The notes below the pieces were generated by a model, which was given only the letters and a program-made list of their open reading frames with translations, was not told the DNA's origin and ran no database searches. The translations under genes were made by a program, and so were the position numbers. This document shows, piece after piece, positions 18,614 through 27,149 of a stretch of DNA of 64,000 bases; position 1 is the first letter of the stretch; the number at the start of each line of letters is the position of its first letter. The stretch is from an uncultured Thermoleophilia bacterium. Lineage in GTDB: Bacteria; Actinomycetota; Thermoleophilia; UBA2241. The stretch lies in assembly GCA_963702475.1 (NCBI GenBank), contig CAVPCT010000006.1:128001-192000 (forward strand), written 5' to 3'.

Positions 18614-19713
18614 TGGGCCGCCGCGACGAACTGGTTGGCGAGGTCCGCCTGGAAGGTGGTGAGCGGCGGGACGGTCTCGACACTGCCCTGGCTCTTGAGG
18701 AACTCAGCCGCGGCCAGGAGGTTGTCGGCCAGCTTGCCGGGCGCATCGGGCGTGCCCAGGTAATCGGCCCCTGCCTGCTCGCTTGAGTCGAGGAAGATGA
18801 GGTCCTTCATCTGCGCGAGCGCCTCGTCGGCGCTGATGTTGAGCTGGCGCCCCACAGCCTCGCCCGCGGCCTGCGGATCGCTGCGGTACAGCTCCACGGC
18901 CTTGTTCTGCTGGTCGACCCACGTCTGCACGGCGTCAGGATACTGGTCGGCGAACTCGTTCGTCACGATGGCCAGGTCGGCAGTCAGCTTGCCCTGCTCC
19001 GCGAGCTCCGCGCTGGTGATGAGGACCGTGCCGTCCTTTTTGAGATCGGCGAGCGTCGGGTTCCACACGTAGGCGGCGTCGATGTCGCCACGCTGCCAGG
19101 CGGCGAGGATGTCCGGCGGCTGCAGGTCGATGAGCTTCACGGAGGTGGGGTCGACGCCGTTGAGCTCCATGGCGGCCAGCAGGCTGTAGTGAGCGGTGGA
19201 GCCGAAGGGGGTGCCGACCTTCTTGCCGGAGAGGCCCGCGATGTCGGCGACGCCGGCGCTGTTCTTGACGACGAGCGACTCGGCGGCGCCGATGACGTCG
19301 TGGATCCACGGCACCTTGTACGCGATGTTCATGGGCTCGCTGAGGCCGGCGGCCACCGGGCTGCTGCCGGCCAGGCCGATGTCGACGCTGCCGCCGATGA
19401 CGGCCGTGTTGACGTCGGCGCCGGAATCGAACTTGATCCACGTGATCTCGGTGTCGGGCAGGGCGGCCTCGAGCCAGCCCTGGTCCTTCACGATGAGGTC
19501 GCCGTTGGGGATGAGCTGGTAGGCGATGCGGAGCTCGCTGGGGGCGGAGCTGCCGCCCGCGGCGGGGCTGGCGGAGGACTCGGACTCCGACGAGCTCGAG
19601 CCGCAGGCGATGAACAGGCCGGCGAGGGCGATGCACGCGAGCGCGGCGAGCACCGAGAACCCAAGCGCGTGACGGCGTTTCGCACCGCCGGTCCTACCTT
19701 CGAACTGCTTCAC
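18610..19713 (-). CDS. tauA: Taurine ABC transporter substrate-binding lipoprotein
   Basis: Purine-rich RBS before GTG 19713; lipobox FIAC; WIKFDSGADV, GSSP, PFGSTAHYSL, AWQRGDIDAAYVWNP. Confidence 0.88.
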   Translation of the reverse strand: MKQFEGRTGGAKRRHALGFSVLAALACIALAGLFIACGSSSSESESSASPAAGGSSAPSELRIAYQLIPNGDLIVKDQGWLEAALPDTEITWIKFDSGADVNTAVIGGSVDIGLAGSSPVAAGLSEPMNIAYKVPWIHDVIGAAESLVVKNSAGVADIAGLSGKKVGTPFGSTAHYSLLAAMELNGVDPTSVKLIDLQPPDILAAWQRGDIDAAYVWNPTLADLKKDGTVLITSAELAEQGKLTADLAIVTNEFADQYPDAVQTWVDQQNKAVELYRSDPQAAGEAVGRQLNISADEALAQMKDLIFLDSSEQAGADYLGTPDAPGKLADNLLAAAEFLKSQGSVETVPPLTTFQADLANQFVAAAQ

Positions 19714-19770
19714 TTTCCTTCTCCCTTCATTGTGGCGAGCGCCCTCTCGGGGTTCCCCGCACGAATCCAA

Positions 19771-19887
19771 AGAAAGTCAATCAACTTGACTGCAAGGCGA
19801 TTTCTGGCATTATGCATAAGCGGCATCGCCGCTGCAAATAAGAATTACTTATTCATACCGATAGTCATATTGGCAGGGAGGTAGCGC
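19771..19887. promoter_or_regulatory. Divergent tauA/tauC control region with several palindromes
   Basis: AT-rich; AGTCAA-N5-TTGACT (19775-19791), TTATGCATAA (19810-19819), AATAAG-N5-CTTATT (19837-19853). Confidence 0.6.
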
Positions 19888-20793
19888 ATGACGCCGTCGA
19901 GCGGGGAGGATCGCCTGGCTGTCCAGTTGGCGGCTCCCGGGGCGATGTCGCCCGGCGAGTTCGACCACGAGGTGCACGCGCATGTGAAAGGGGCGGGCTT
20001 CTGGTCGTGGACCCGCTGGCGCGGCCCTGTGCTGCACGTCGCCGTCATCGTCGTGCTGCTGGCGATCTGGCAGCTGGTCTTCTCCCTCAAGATCTGGGAC
20101 CCCGTCTTCGTGCCGTCGCCGAGCTCGGTGTGGGATGCGGCCGTCGAAGCTTCGACCGTGCACGACGGCGCCAAGGGGTACAGCGGCGTGTTCCTGTACG
20201 AGCACCTGTGGGCCAGCATGCGCCGCATCCTGATCGCCTCGGCGTTCGCCATCGTCGTGGGCGTGCCGCTGGGGTTGCTTCTGGGCACCAGCAGGTGGAG
20301 TCGCACGCTCCTGGAGCCGGGCGTCACGTTCGTGCGCGCCCTGCCCCCCCTGGCCTACTTCAGCCTGCTCGTCATCTGGTTCGGCATCGATGAGACGCCC
20401 AAGGTCATCCTGCTCATGCTCGCGGCCCTGCCACCGATCGTGCTCGCCACCAGTGACGCCGTGCGCAGCGTGTCGCAGGACCGCCTGCTGGCGTTGCAGA
20501 CCCTGGGGGCCTCGCGCTTCCAGGTCATCAGGCACGGCGTGTTCCCGTCGGTGCTGCCGGAGATCATGACCGGCATCCGCGTCGCGGTGCTGTTCGCGTT
20601 CACCACCATGGTCGCGGCCGAGACGATCAACGGCCTGCCCGGCATCGGCGGCCTGGTGCGCGACGCGCAGCGCTTCAACCAGACCGACATCGTGATGATG
20701 GGGATCATCCTCATCGGCATCTGCGGCATCGCCATCGACCTCATCGTCCAACTGATCGACAAGGCCGTGGTGCCGTGGCGGGCGGAGCTGTAA
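19888..20793 (+). CDS. tauC: Taurine ABC transporter permease
   Basis: GGGAGG RBS; RALPPLAY, WFGIDE, LGAS, TTMVAAE. Confidence 0.88.
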   Translation: MTPSSGEDRLAVQLAAPGAMSPGEFDHEVHAHVKGAGFWSWTRWRGPVLHVAVIVVLLAIWQLVFSLKIWDPVFVPSPSSVWDAAVEASTVHDGAKGYSGVFLYEHLWASMRRILIASAFAIVVGVPLGLLLGTSRWSRTLLEPGVTFVRALPPLAYFSLLVIWFGIDETPKVILLMLAALPPIVLATSDAVRSVSQDRLLALQTLGASRFQVIRHGVFPSVLPEIMTGIRVAVLFAFTTMVAAETINGLPGIGGLVRDAQRFNQTDIVMMGIILIGICGIAIDLIVQLIDKAVVPWRAEL

Positions 20794-20801
20794 GAGCGTG
20801 A

Positions 20802-20846
20802 CGGGCGCTTGAGGCGGCGGGCCATGCCCGCCGCCTCAAGCGCCCG
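20802..20846. terminator. Perfect 21-bp-stem hairpin between convergent genes
   Basis: CGGGCGCTTGAGGCGGCGGGC-CAT-GCCCGCCGCCTCAAGCGCCCG. Confidence 0.75.
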
Positions 20847-20895
20847 GTCTCGTCCGGCCGATCTGCGGCCCGGCGCGTCGCTCGCAGGTGCCGGC

Positions 20896-22236
20896 TCAGA
20901 CCGTGGCAAGCACCTCGGCCAGCGACTCCTCGGTCGCCTGCAGGAGCTGGTCGGCGTCGTCCGCCGTCACACACAGCGGCGGGTTGATCTTCAGCACGTT
21001 GTGTTCGCGGCCGCACATGCCGACCACGAAGCCGCGGCCGAGCAGCGCGAGCTGGACGGCTTCGGCGGTCTTCGCGTCTGCCGCTCGCAAGCCTGCATCC
21101 CTCACGACCTCGGCGCCGATGAGCAGGCCGCGGCCGCGCACGTCGCCGAGCTGCGGGTAGCGGGCCTGCAGCTCGCGCAGGCCGGCGAGGATCCGCCCGC
21201 CCACGCGCTGCGCGTTGGCCTGCAGGCCCTCCTCGTCGATGGCGCGCAGCACGGCGCGGCCGGCGGCGCAGCTCATCGGGTTCGATCCGTAGGTGTTGAA
21301 GAACATGCGCGAGGCCATGCCCTCGGCCACCTCGCGGCGGGCCATCACGGCCGCGATCGGGAACCCGTTGCCGATACCCTTGGACACGACGATGACGTCG
21401 GGTACCACGTCGTGCGCCTCGAAGCCCCAGAAGTGGTCGCCCGTGCGCGCGAAGCCGGCCTGCACCTCGTCCACGATCAGCAGGCCGCCGGCCGCGCGCA
21501 CCTGCTCGGCCGCGCCCTTCAGCCATCCCGGCGGCATCTCGACGATGCCGCCGTACCCCTGGATGGGCTCGGCGATGAGGCCGGCCACGGCGCCGCAGGT
21601 GTTGGTGTGCAGCACGCGCTCGAGCTCCTGAAGGTAGGGCGCGGCCTCCGCGCCGAACGGGCCGCGGTAGGGGTGCGGCGCCATGACCTGCACGTAGCCT
21701 GGGGCAGGCGGCACGAGCTGCCGCGCCTGCCCGATGCCCGTCGCCGTCTGGGCGCCGTAGTGCATGCCGTGGTAAGCGTCGCGCAGCGTGAGGACCTCGT
21801 AGTGCTGGGTGGCGGCGCGGGCGATGAGCACCGCGAGGTCCACGGCCTCCGCGCCGCTGTTGACGAAGTGCACGACCCAGTCCTCGCCCTCCGGCAGCCG
21901 GGCGACGAGTTCCTCCGCGAAGTGGCCTGGCTGCGGGTGGTGGTACGCCGTGGTGACGTGCGGGATCTCCTCCATCTGCGCCCGCACCGCCGCCAGCACG
22001 CCCGGGTGCGCATGGCCGACGCTGATGCACACGTTCTGCGCCATGCAGTCGAGGTAGCGCTTGCCGGCGTTGTCCCACACGTACTGTCTGCGCCCGCGCT
22101 GCCACACGATGGGGTCGTCGTAGGCGATGAACGTGCCGAGTGCGGGGGCCATGAAGTGCCGCCGCCGCTCGGCGATGGCCTCCGTGTCCCAGTCGAGCGG
22201 GAGCGGGTTCGTGGCGGCGGTGGCGTCGGGGTCCAT
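20896..22236 (-). CDS. Class III aminotransferase, AGXT2 (alanine-glyoxylate/beta-alanine-pyruvate)-like
   Basis: ISVGHAHP, NSGAEA, AEPIQGYGG, DEVQAGFARTG, SKGIGNGFP, FNTYG. Confidence 0.85.
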   Translation of the reverse strand: MDPDATAATNPLPLDWDTEAIAERRRHFMAPALGTFIAYDDPIVWQRGRRQYVWDNAGKRYLDCMAQNVCISVGHAHPGVLAAVRAQMEEIPHVTTAYHHPQPGHFAEELVARLPEGEDWVVHFVNSGAEAVDLAVLIARAATQHYEVLTLRDAYHGMHYGAQTATGIGQARQLVPPAPGYVQVMAPHPYRGPFGAEAAPYLQELERVLHTNTCGAVAGLIAEPIQGYGGIVEMPPGWLKGAAEQVRAAGGLLIVDEVQAGFARTGDHFWGFEAHDVVPDVIVVSKGIGNGFPIAAVMARREVAEGMASRMFFNTYGSNPMSCAAGRAVLRAIDEEGLQANAQRVGGRILAGLRELQARYPQLGDVRGRGLLIGAEVVRDAGLRAADAKTAEAVQLALLGRGFVVGMCGREHNVLKINPPLCVTADDADQLLQATEESLAEVLATV

Positions 22237-22340
22237 GCTGCTTCCTCTCTCCGCGTGGGCTGACGGGGCGGCTGCGGGCGACAAGTCTACAGCCGCCGGC
22301 GGTCTCAGCCGGGCGCGGCCGGCCGTGCTCCGCGACTGAG

Positions 22341-22829
22341 TCAGTCCGGCGGCGACAACTGCTTGCGCAGGTACACGCGCGGCAGGCCGTGCTCCACCCG
22401 CCGCGCGTACTCCACGTAGCCGATGCGTTCGTACAGGGCGATGTTCTCCACCATCACTTCCTGTGCGTACAGGTGGATCGAGTCGAAGCCCTGGCGCAGC
22501 GCCTCCTCTTCGGCGAAGGCCAGGAGCGCCCGGCCGAGCCCCTTTCCCTGGTGCTCGGGCGCCACGGCGACGTTGTCGAGCAGGAAGCCTTCGTCGGCGG
22601 GCCCCATGACGATGAGCGCGGCGACCTCGTCGCAGCGCTCGACCACGGTCACCTGCCAGTCCCGGACCACTTCGGCGTAGTCCTGCCGCATCGGCACCGG
22701 GACCAGACCGTTCCGCTCCACGTACTTGGCGTACGCGGAACGGGCGCAGGCGGCCAGGGCGGCGGCGTCCGCCTCCGTGGCCGCCCGGGCCGAGTACTCG
22801 CTCAGACGCTCGGGTAGTCGTGGTGCCAT
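22341..22829 (-). CDS. GNAT acetyltransferase
   Basis: NVAVAPEHQGKGLGRALL motif A; NIALYERIGY. Confidence 0.88.
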   Translation of the reverse strand: MAPRLPERLSEYSARAATEADAAALAACARSAYAKYVERNGLVPVPMRQDYAEVVRDWQVTVVERCDEVAALIVMGPADEGFLLDNVAVAPEHQGKGLGRALLAFAEEEALRQGFDSIHLYAQEVMVENIALYERIGYVEYARRVEHGLPRVYLRKQLSPPD

Positions 22830-22883
22830 TCCCTGTCCCTCCGCGGGCTCACCGGGCAAGCATACGCGCTGTACACTCGTCCC

Positions 22884-23702
22884 GTGCTGAACCTCGACGT
22901 CATCGGCGGCCTGCTCGCGGTGGCCTTGCTCGCCGCCGTGCTCCTCGGGCTGTGGCGGCTCGTCGCCGGGCGGCCGCGTGGTCTCGGCCGCAGGCTTCTG
23001 CGCGTGGCCGTCGCCCTTGCGGTGGCCGCCGTCGCGGTGGCCGCCGGCGCATGGTGGGTCATGGACTCGCGCACCTACCAGGTGGCCGGCGAGCTGGTCT
23101 CGAGCGCACCGGCCACCGCGGACAAGACCGTTGCCCTGACCTTCGACGACGGCCCGAGCACGCGGTACGTGGACGAGGTGCTCGCCGACCTCGAGCGCTA
23201 CGACGCCAAGGGCACCTTCTTCATCATCGGCGTCGTCGCCGGCGAACAGCCGCAGGCGCTGCGCCGGCTGGTCTCAGCCGGACACCAGATCGGCAACCAC
23301 ACCTACACGCACCCGCGGCTCGTCGGGGTGTCGGTGGAGCGCGTGGGCGCCGAGGTGGAGCGTACGGACGCCGTCATCCGCGCCGCAGGCTACGAGGGCC
23401 CCATCCTCTTTCGCCCGCCATTCTGCAAGAAGCTGCTCTCGGCGCCGTACTACCTCTGGAGGCACGGGCGCACGTCGGTCACGTGGGACCTCGAGCCGGA
23501 CTCGATGGGGTCGATCGCCGGGGACCCGCGAGCCATGACCCGGTACGTCGCCGCGAACGTGCGCCCCGGCTCCATCATCCTGCTGCACCCCTGGAGCAAG
23601 GACGGTGACGCGTCGCGGCGAGCGCTCCCGCTGATCCTCAAGGCACTCGCCGCGAAGGGCTACAGCTTCGTGACGGTCTCGGCGCTGCTGCGGCAGGGGT
23701 GA
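22884..23702 (+). CDS. Membrane-anchored polysaccharide deacetylase (CE4)
   Basis: LTFDDGP, GNHTYTH, FRPP, IILLH; two N-terminal TM helices. Confidence 0.9.
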   Translation: MLNLDVIGGLLAVALLAAVLLGLWRLVAGRPRGLGRRLLRVAVALAVAAVAVAAGAWWVMDSRTYQVAGELVSSAPATADKTVALTFDDGPSTRYVDEVLADLERYDAKGTFFIIGVVAGEQPQALRRLVSAGHQIGNHTYTHPRLVGVSVERVGAEVERTDAVIRAAGYEGPILFRPPFCKKLLSAPYYLWRHGRTSVTWDLEPDSMGSIAGDPRAMTRYVAANVRPGSIILLHPWSKDGDASRRALPLILKALAAKGYSFVTVSALLRQG

Positions 23703-23709
23703 CGGCCGC

Positions 23710-24645
23710 TCAGCCCTCTTCGAGCATCCGCTGCACTGCGCGCAGCGCGGCCTCGCGGATGCGTGGCGCCACCGTGACCTCGTGGTCGAGCACGTCGTCC
23801 CACTCGTCGTCGAGCGTCGCGACGCACTTCTCGAGTGTGGTCCGCTTCATGTTGGGGCACACGGCGTGCGGCGACGCCGGCAGGAACTTCCTGTCCGGGT
23901 AGAGGATGCCGAGCCGGTACAGCAGCCCGGTCTCGGTGGCGACGATGAACGTCTTCGCGGCGCTCGTGCCCGGGTAGCGCAGCATGCCGGACGTGCTCGT
24001 GACCACATCGGCGATCTCGAGCACCTCTCGCCGGCTCTCCGGATGCGCCATGAGCACCGCGTCAGGGTTCTCGGCCTGGATGCGGCGGATCTCGGCGGCG
24101 CGGAAGTCGTCGTGCACGTGGCACCAGCCCTGCCACAGGATCATGGTCTGCTCGCGCCCGGTCTGCTGCGCCACGTAGTCTCCCAGGTTCCTGTCGGGCA
24201 CGAAGATGATCTTCTGGTCCCTGGGGAACCGCTCGACGATCTGCACGGCATTGGCGCTGGTGCAGCACACGTCGGTCTCGGCCTTGATGTCGGCCGAGGT
24301 ATTGACGTAGGCGACCACCACGGCGTCGGGGTGCTGCTTCTTGAGGTCGCGAAGGCCATGCACCGTGACCATGTCGGCCATGGGGCAGCCGGCACGCTTG
24401 TCGGGCATGAGCACGGTCTTGTGCGGCGAGAGGATGTAGGCCGTCTCGGCCATGAAGTGCACGCCACAGAACAGGATGACGCTGCGCGGGTCCTTGGCGG
24501 CGATGCGCGAGAGCTCGAGGGAGTCGCCGGTGTAGTCAGCCGCGTCCTGGACGTCGGGACGCTGGTAGTTGTGCGCGAGGATGACGGCGTCGCGTTCCTC
24601 GGCCAGGCGGCGGAGCCGCCGCTGGAGCTCGTTCAGTTCAGCCAT
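23710..24645 (-). CDS. nadA: Quinolinate synthase
   Basis: LAHNYQ, GDSL, CGVHFMAET, GCPMA, YVNT, CHVH, AHPE, CPNMK. Confidence 0.95.
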   Translation of the reverse strand: MAELNELQRRLRRLAEERDAVILAHNYQRPDVQDAADYTGDSLELSRIAAKDPRSVILFCGVHFMAETAYILSPHKTVLMPDKRAGCPMADMVTVHGLRDLKKQHPDAVVVAYVNTSADIKAETDVCCTSANAVQIVERFPRDQKIIFVPDRNLGDYVAQQTGREQTMILWQGWCHVHDDFRAAEIRRIQAENPDAVLMAHPESRREVLEIADVVTSTSGMLRYPGTSAAKTFIVATETGLLYRLGILYPDRKFLPASPHAVCPNMKRTTLEKCVATLDDEWDDVLDHEVTVAPRIREAALRAVQRMLEEG

Positions 24646-24762
24646 GGAGAAAGTATACGGCGCGACGCAGGTCGACGTCTTTCTGGCGCCCGACGTGCGA
24701 CAGGGATGCCCGCGGGCGGGTAGAGTACCCCGCGGCCAGTACTCACCACCAAGGAGGGACCT

Positions 24763-25296
24763 ATGCACAGCAGGGGCGCATGGATGGCGCTGTCGATCAT
24801 CACCGGACTCCTCATGGTCGTCCTGGGAGTCCTCTTCCTCGCCTATCCGGGGCTCAGCCTGGCGACTGTGCTGCTGCTGATCGGCATCTTTCTCATCGTA
24901 TACGGCGTCGCGCTCGCGGTCGCCGGCCTCATAGGGCACGCCGAAGGTCGGGGCTGGGCGATCTTCACCGGCATCCTCGGCGTGATCGTCGGCATCGTCG
25001 CGATCGCCTGGCCGGGCATGACGGCGCTGGCGCTGCTGTACATCCTCGGCGCCTGGGCCATCGTCACGGGCATCAGCGACATCGTGAGCGCCTTCGCCAG
25101 CGGCCTCAAAGGCGGCAAGCGCGTGTGGCTCATCATCCTGGGCGTGCTGTCCATCGTGGTCGGCATCGTCTTCTTCGTGTACCCGGTGAGCGGCGCCCTC
25201 GCGATCCTCTGGCTGGTCGGCCTTTACCTGATCGTCTACGGTGTGCTGCGCATCGTGGACGGGTTCACACGGCCGCCGGAGGCAGAGACGGCGTGA
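24763..25296 (+). CDS. HdeD/DUF308 family membrane protein
   Basis: Six short TM helices in a repeated pattern; AAGGAGG RBS. Confidence 0.85.
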   Translation: MHSRGAWMALSIITGLLMVVLGVLFLAYPGLSLATVLLLIGIFLIVYGVALAVAGLIGHAEGRGWAIFTGILGVIVGIVAIAWPGMTALALLYILGAWAIVTGISDIVSAFASGLKGGKRVWLIILGVLSIVVGIVFFVYPVSGALAILWLVGLYLIVYGVLRIVDGFTRPPEAETA

Positions 25297-25324
25297 CCGA
25301 GCCGGGCCGCACCGCCTGACGGAT

Positions 25325-25368
25325 GGCGACGGCGGCCGGGACCCCGCGGGGTCCCGGCCGCCGTCGCC
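25325..25368. terminator. Perfect 44-bp palindrome between convergent genes
   Basis: GGCGACGGCGGCCGGGACCCCG|CGGGGTCCCGGCCGCCGTCGCC. Confidence 0.75.
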
Positions 25369-25371
25369 GCA

Positions 25372-26043
25372 TCAGTCGAGGGTGATAAGCCCGGTGCGCA
25401 GCGCGTACTTCACGACTTCGGTCACGTCGTGCAGGTCGAGCTTGCGCATGGCGTTGGCCCGGTGCGTGTCGACAGTCTTGCGGCTGAGCCCCAGCAACTC
25501 GGCGATGCTGTTGTTGCTGTGGCCCTCGGCGATCAGCCGCAGCACCTCCCGCTCGCGTGCGCTCAGAGACTCGCCCGGCTCGTCCGGGCGCTCGTTGCCG
25601 GTCACGCGCAGGTAGTCGCCGATCAGTGTCGCGGCGATGGGCGGGTACAAGAAGGACCCTCCCGCGTGCACCTCGTGGATGGCGCGCACGAGGTCCTCCG
25701 TCACGACCCGCTTGAGCACGTACCCGCTGGCGCCGGCCTGGATGATCTGGACCACGTACTCCTGGTCGTCGTACATGCTCAGGATCAGCGTGCGCACCTC
25801 GGGGTGGCGCTCCTTGAGCAGGCGGGTGGCCTCCAGCCCGCTCATGCGCGGCATCACGATATCCATGATCACGACGTCGGGGTGGAGCTCGTCCACCCGC
25901 TCCAGCGCCTCCTGCCCGTCGCCGGCCTCACCCACCACGAGGATGTCCGGCTCGCGCGTGAGCAGCGCGTGGACGCCCTCGCGGAGGATGGCGTGGTCGT
26001 CCACGAGCAGCACGCGGATCGGGGCGGCTTTGCCGGCGGTCAC
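25372..26043 (-). CDS. NarL/LuxR-family response regulator
   Basis: VDDH, MDIVMP, GYVLK, LSAREREVL HTH. Confidence 0.93.
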   Translation of the reverse strand: MTAGKAAPIRVLLVDDHAILREGVHALLTREPDILVVGEAGDGQEALERVDELHPDVVIMDIVMPRMSGLEATRLLKERHPEVRTLILSMYDDQEYVVQIIQAGASGYVLKRVVTEDLVRAIHEVHAGGSFLYPPIAATLIGDYLRVTGNERPDEPGESLSAREREVLRLIAEGHSNNSIAELLGLSRKTVDTHRANAMRKLDLHDVTEVVKYALRTGLITLD

Positions 26044-27149
26044 GACGCCCCGTCCTGGTCCGCGGCGTCCGCCAGCGGGATCACCACGTAGAGGCGCGTG
26101 CCGCGCCCGACCGCCGACTCCACGTTCACGGTCCCCCCCAGCAGATCGACCCGTTCTCTCACCGACGCCAGACCGACGCCGCCCTGGGTGCTCCCCTTGA
26201 GCACGTCGTCGGGTACGAATCCTACTCCGTTGTCGATGATCGCAAGGTTCACGTAGCCGGGCCTGGTGACGAGACGCACGACGATCTTCGTGGCCGCCGA
26301 GTGTCTGACGGCGTTCGAGAGCGCCTCCTGGGTGATGCGGTACAGCGTGGTCTCCACATCTCCCGGGAGTCGCAAGTCCGCCTCGTCGAAGTCGGTGACC
26401 ACCTCGGGGCCCACGTCCTGCACATGGGACTGGATGTACCAGCGCAGGGTCGGCACCAGGCCGAAGTCGTCGAGCATCACCGGCCTCAGGTCGTACACGA
26501 GCAGCTTGATCTCCTCCATGGTGTGGCTCAGCAGCTCCTTGCAGGTGAGGACCTGGCGGTGGGCCTCGGTCGGGTCGTGATCCTGGAGGGCCCTGTCGCA
26601 GAGGTCCAGACGCACCAGCGTGGCGGCCAGCGTCTGGCTGGTCTGGTCGTGCAGCTCCCGGCCGATGCGGCGGCGCTCCTCCTCCACGCTGCCCAGCTGC
26701 CTGCCGGCGTACCGCAACGACTCGTCGCCCAGGCGGCGGCACATCTCGTTGAAGGACGCCGACAGCCGCCGCAGGTCCTTGTCCTTCCAGTCGTCCTTGA
26801 CGCGGCAGCCCAGCTCCCCGCGGTGCATCCCGCCCATCGCGCGCGCCAGGTCCTCGAGCAGGCCGCCCGCGGGCCCGACCAGCGCGAGGTTCACCAGCAC
26901 GGCGGCCAGCGCCGCGGCGAGCAGCAGGGCCACCAAGAGAAGGACGTGGTCGCTGTCCGTGGCCGAGACGATGACCGCGCTGGCGCCGGCCACGGCCGCG
27001 GCGAGCACGACGTTGGCGCCCACCACGCGCAGCACCATGGGGCGCCGGAACCGCGAGACCTCCTCGCGCGCTCGGCCGCGCGAGCGGTGAGCGGCCGCCT
27101 CACCTGCGTGCGCCGCCGCCCTCGGTACACTGGACGAGCTCTCGCTCAT
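26040..27149 (-). CDS. Membrane sensor histidine kinase (HAMP + HisKA_3)
   Basis: Two TM helices, HAMP region, ERRRIGRELHD, QEALSNAVRH, DNGVGF, GLASVRER. Confidence 0.92.
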   Translation of the reverse strand: MSESSSSVPRAAAHAGEAAAHRSRGRAREEVSRFRRPMVLRVVGANVVLAAAVAGASAVIVSATDSDHVLLLVALLLAAALAAVLVNLALVGPAGGLLEDLARAMGGMHRGELGCRVKDDWKDKDLRRLSASFNEMCRRLGDESLRYAGRQLGSVEEERRRIGRELHDQTSQTLAATLVRLDLCDRALQDHDPTEAHRQVLTCKELLSHTMEEIKLLVYDLRPVMLDDFGLVPTLRWYIQSHVQDVGPEVVTDFDEADLRLPGDVETTLYRITQEALSNAVRHSAATKIVVRLVTRPGYVNLAIIDNGVGFVPDDVLKGSTQGGVGLASVRERVDLLGGTVNVESAVGRGTRLYVVIPLADAADQDGAS

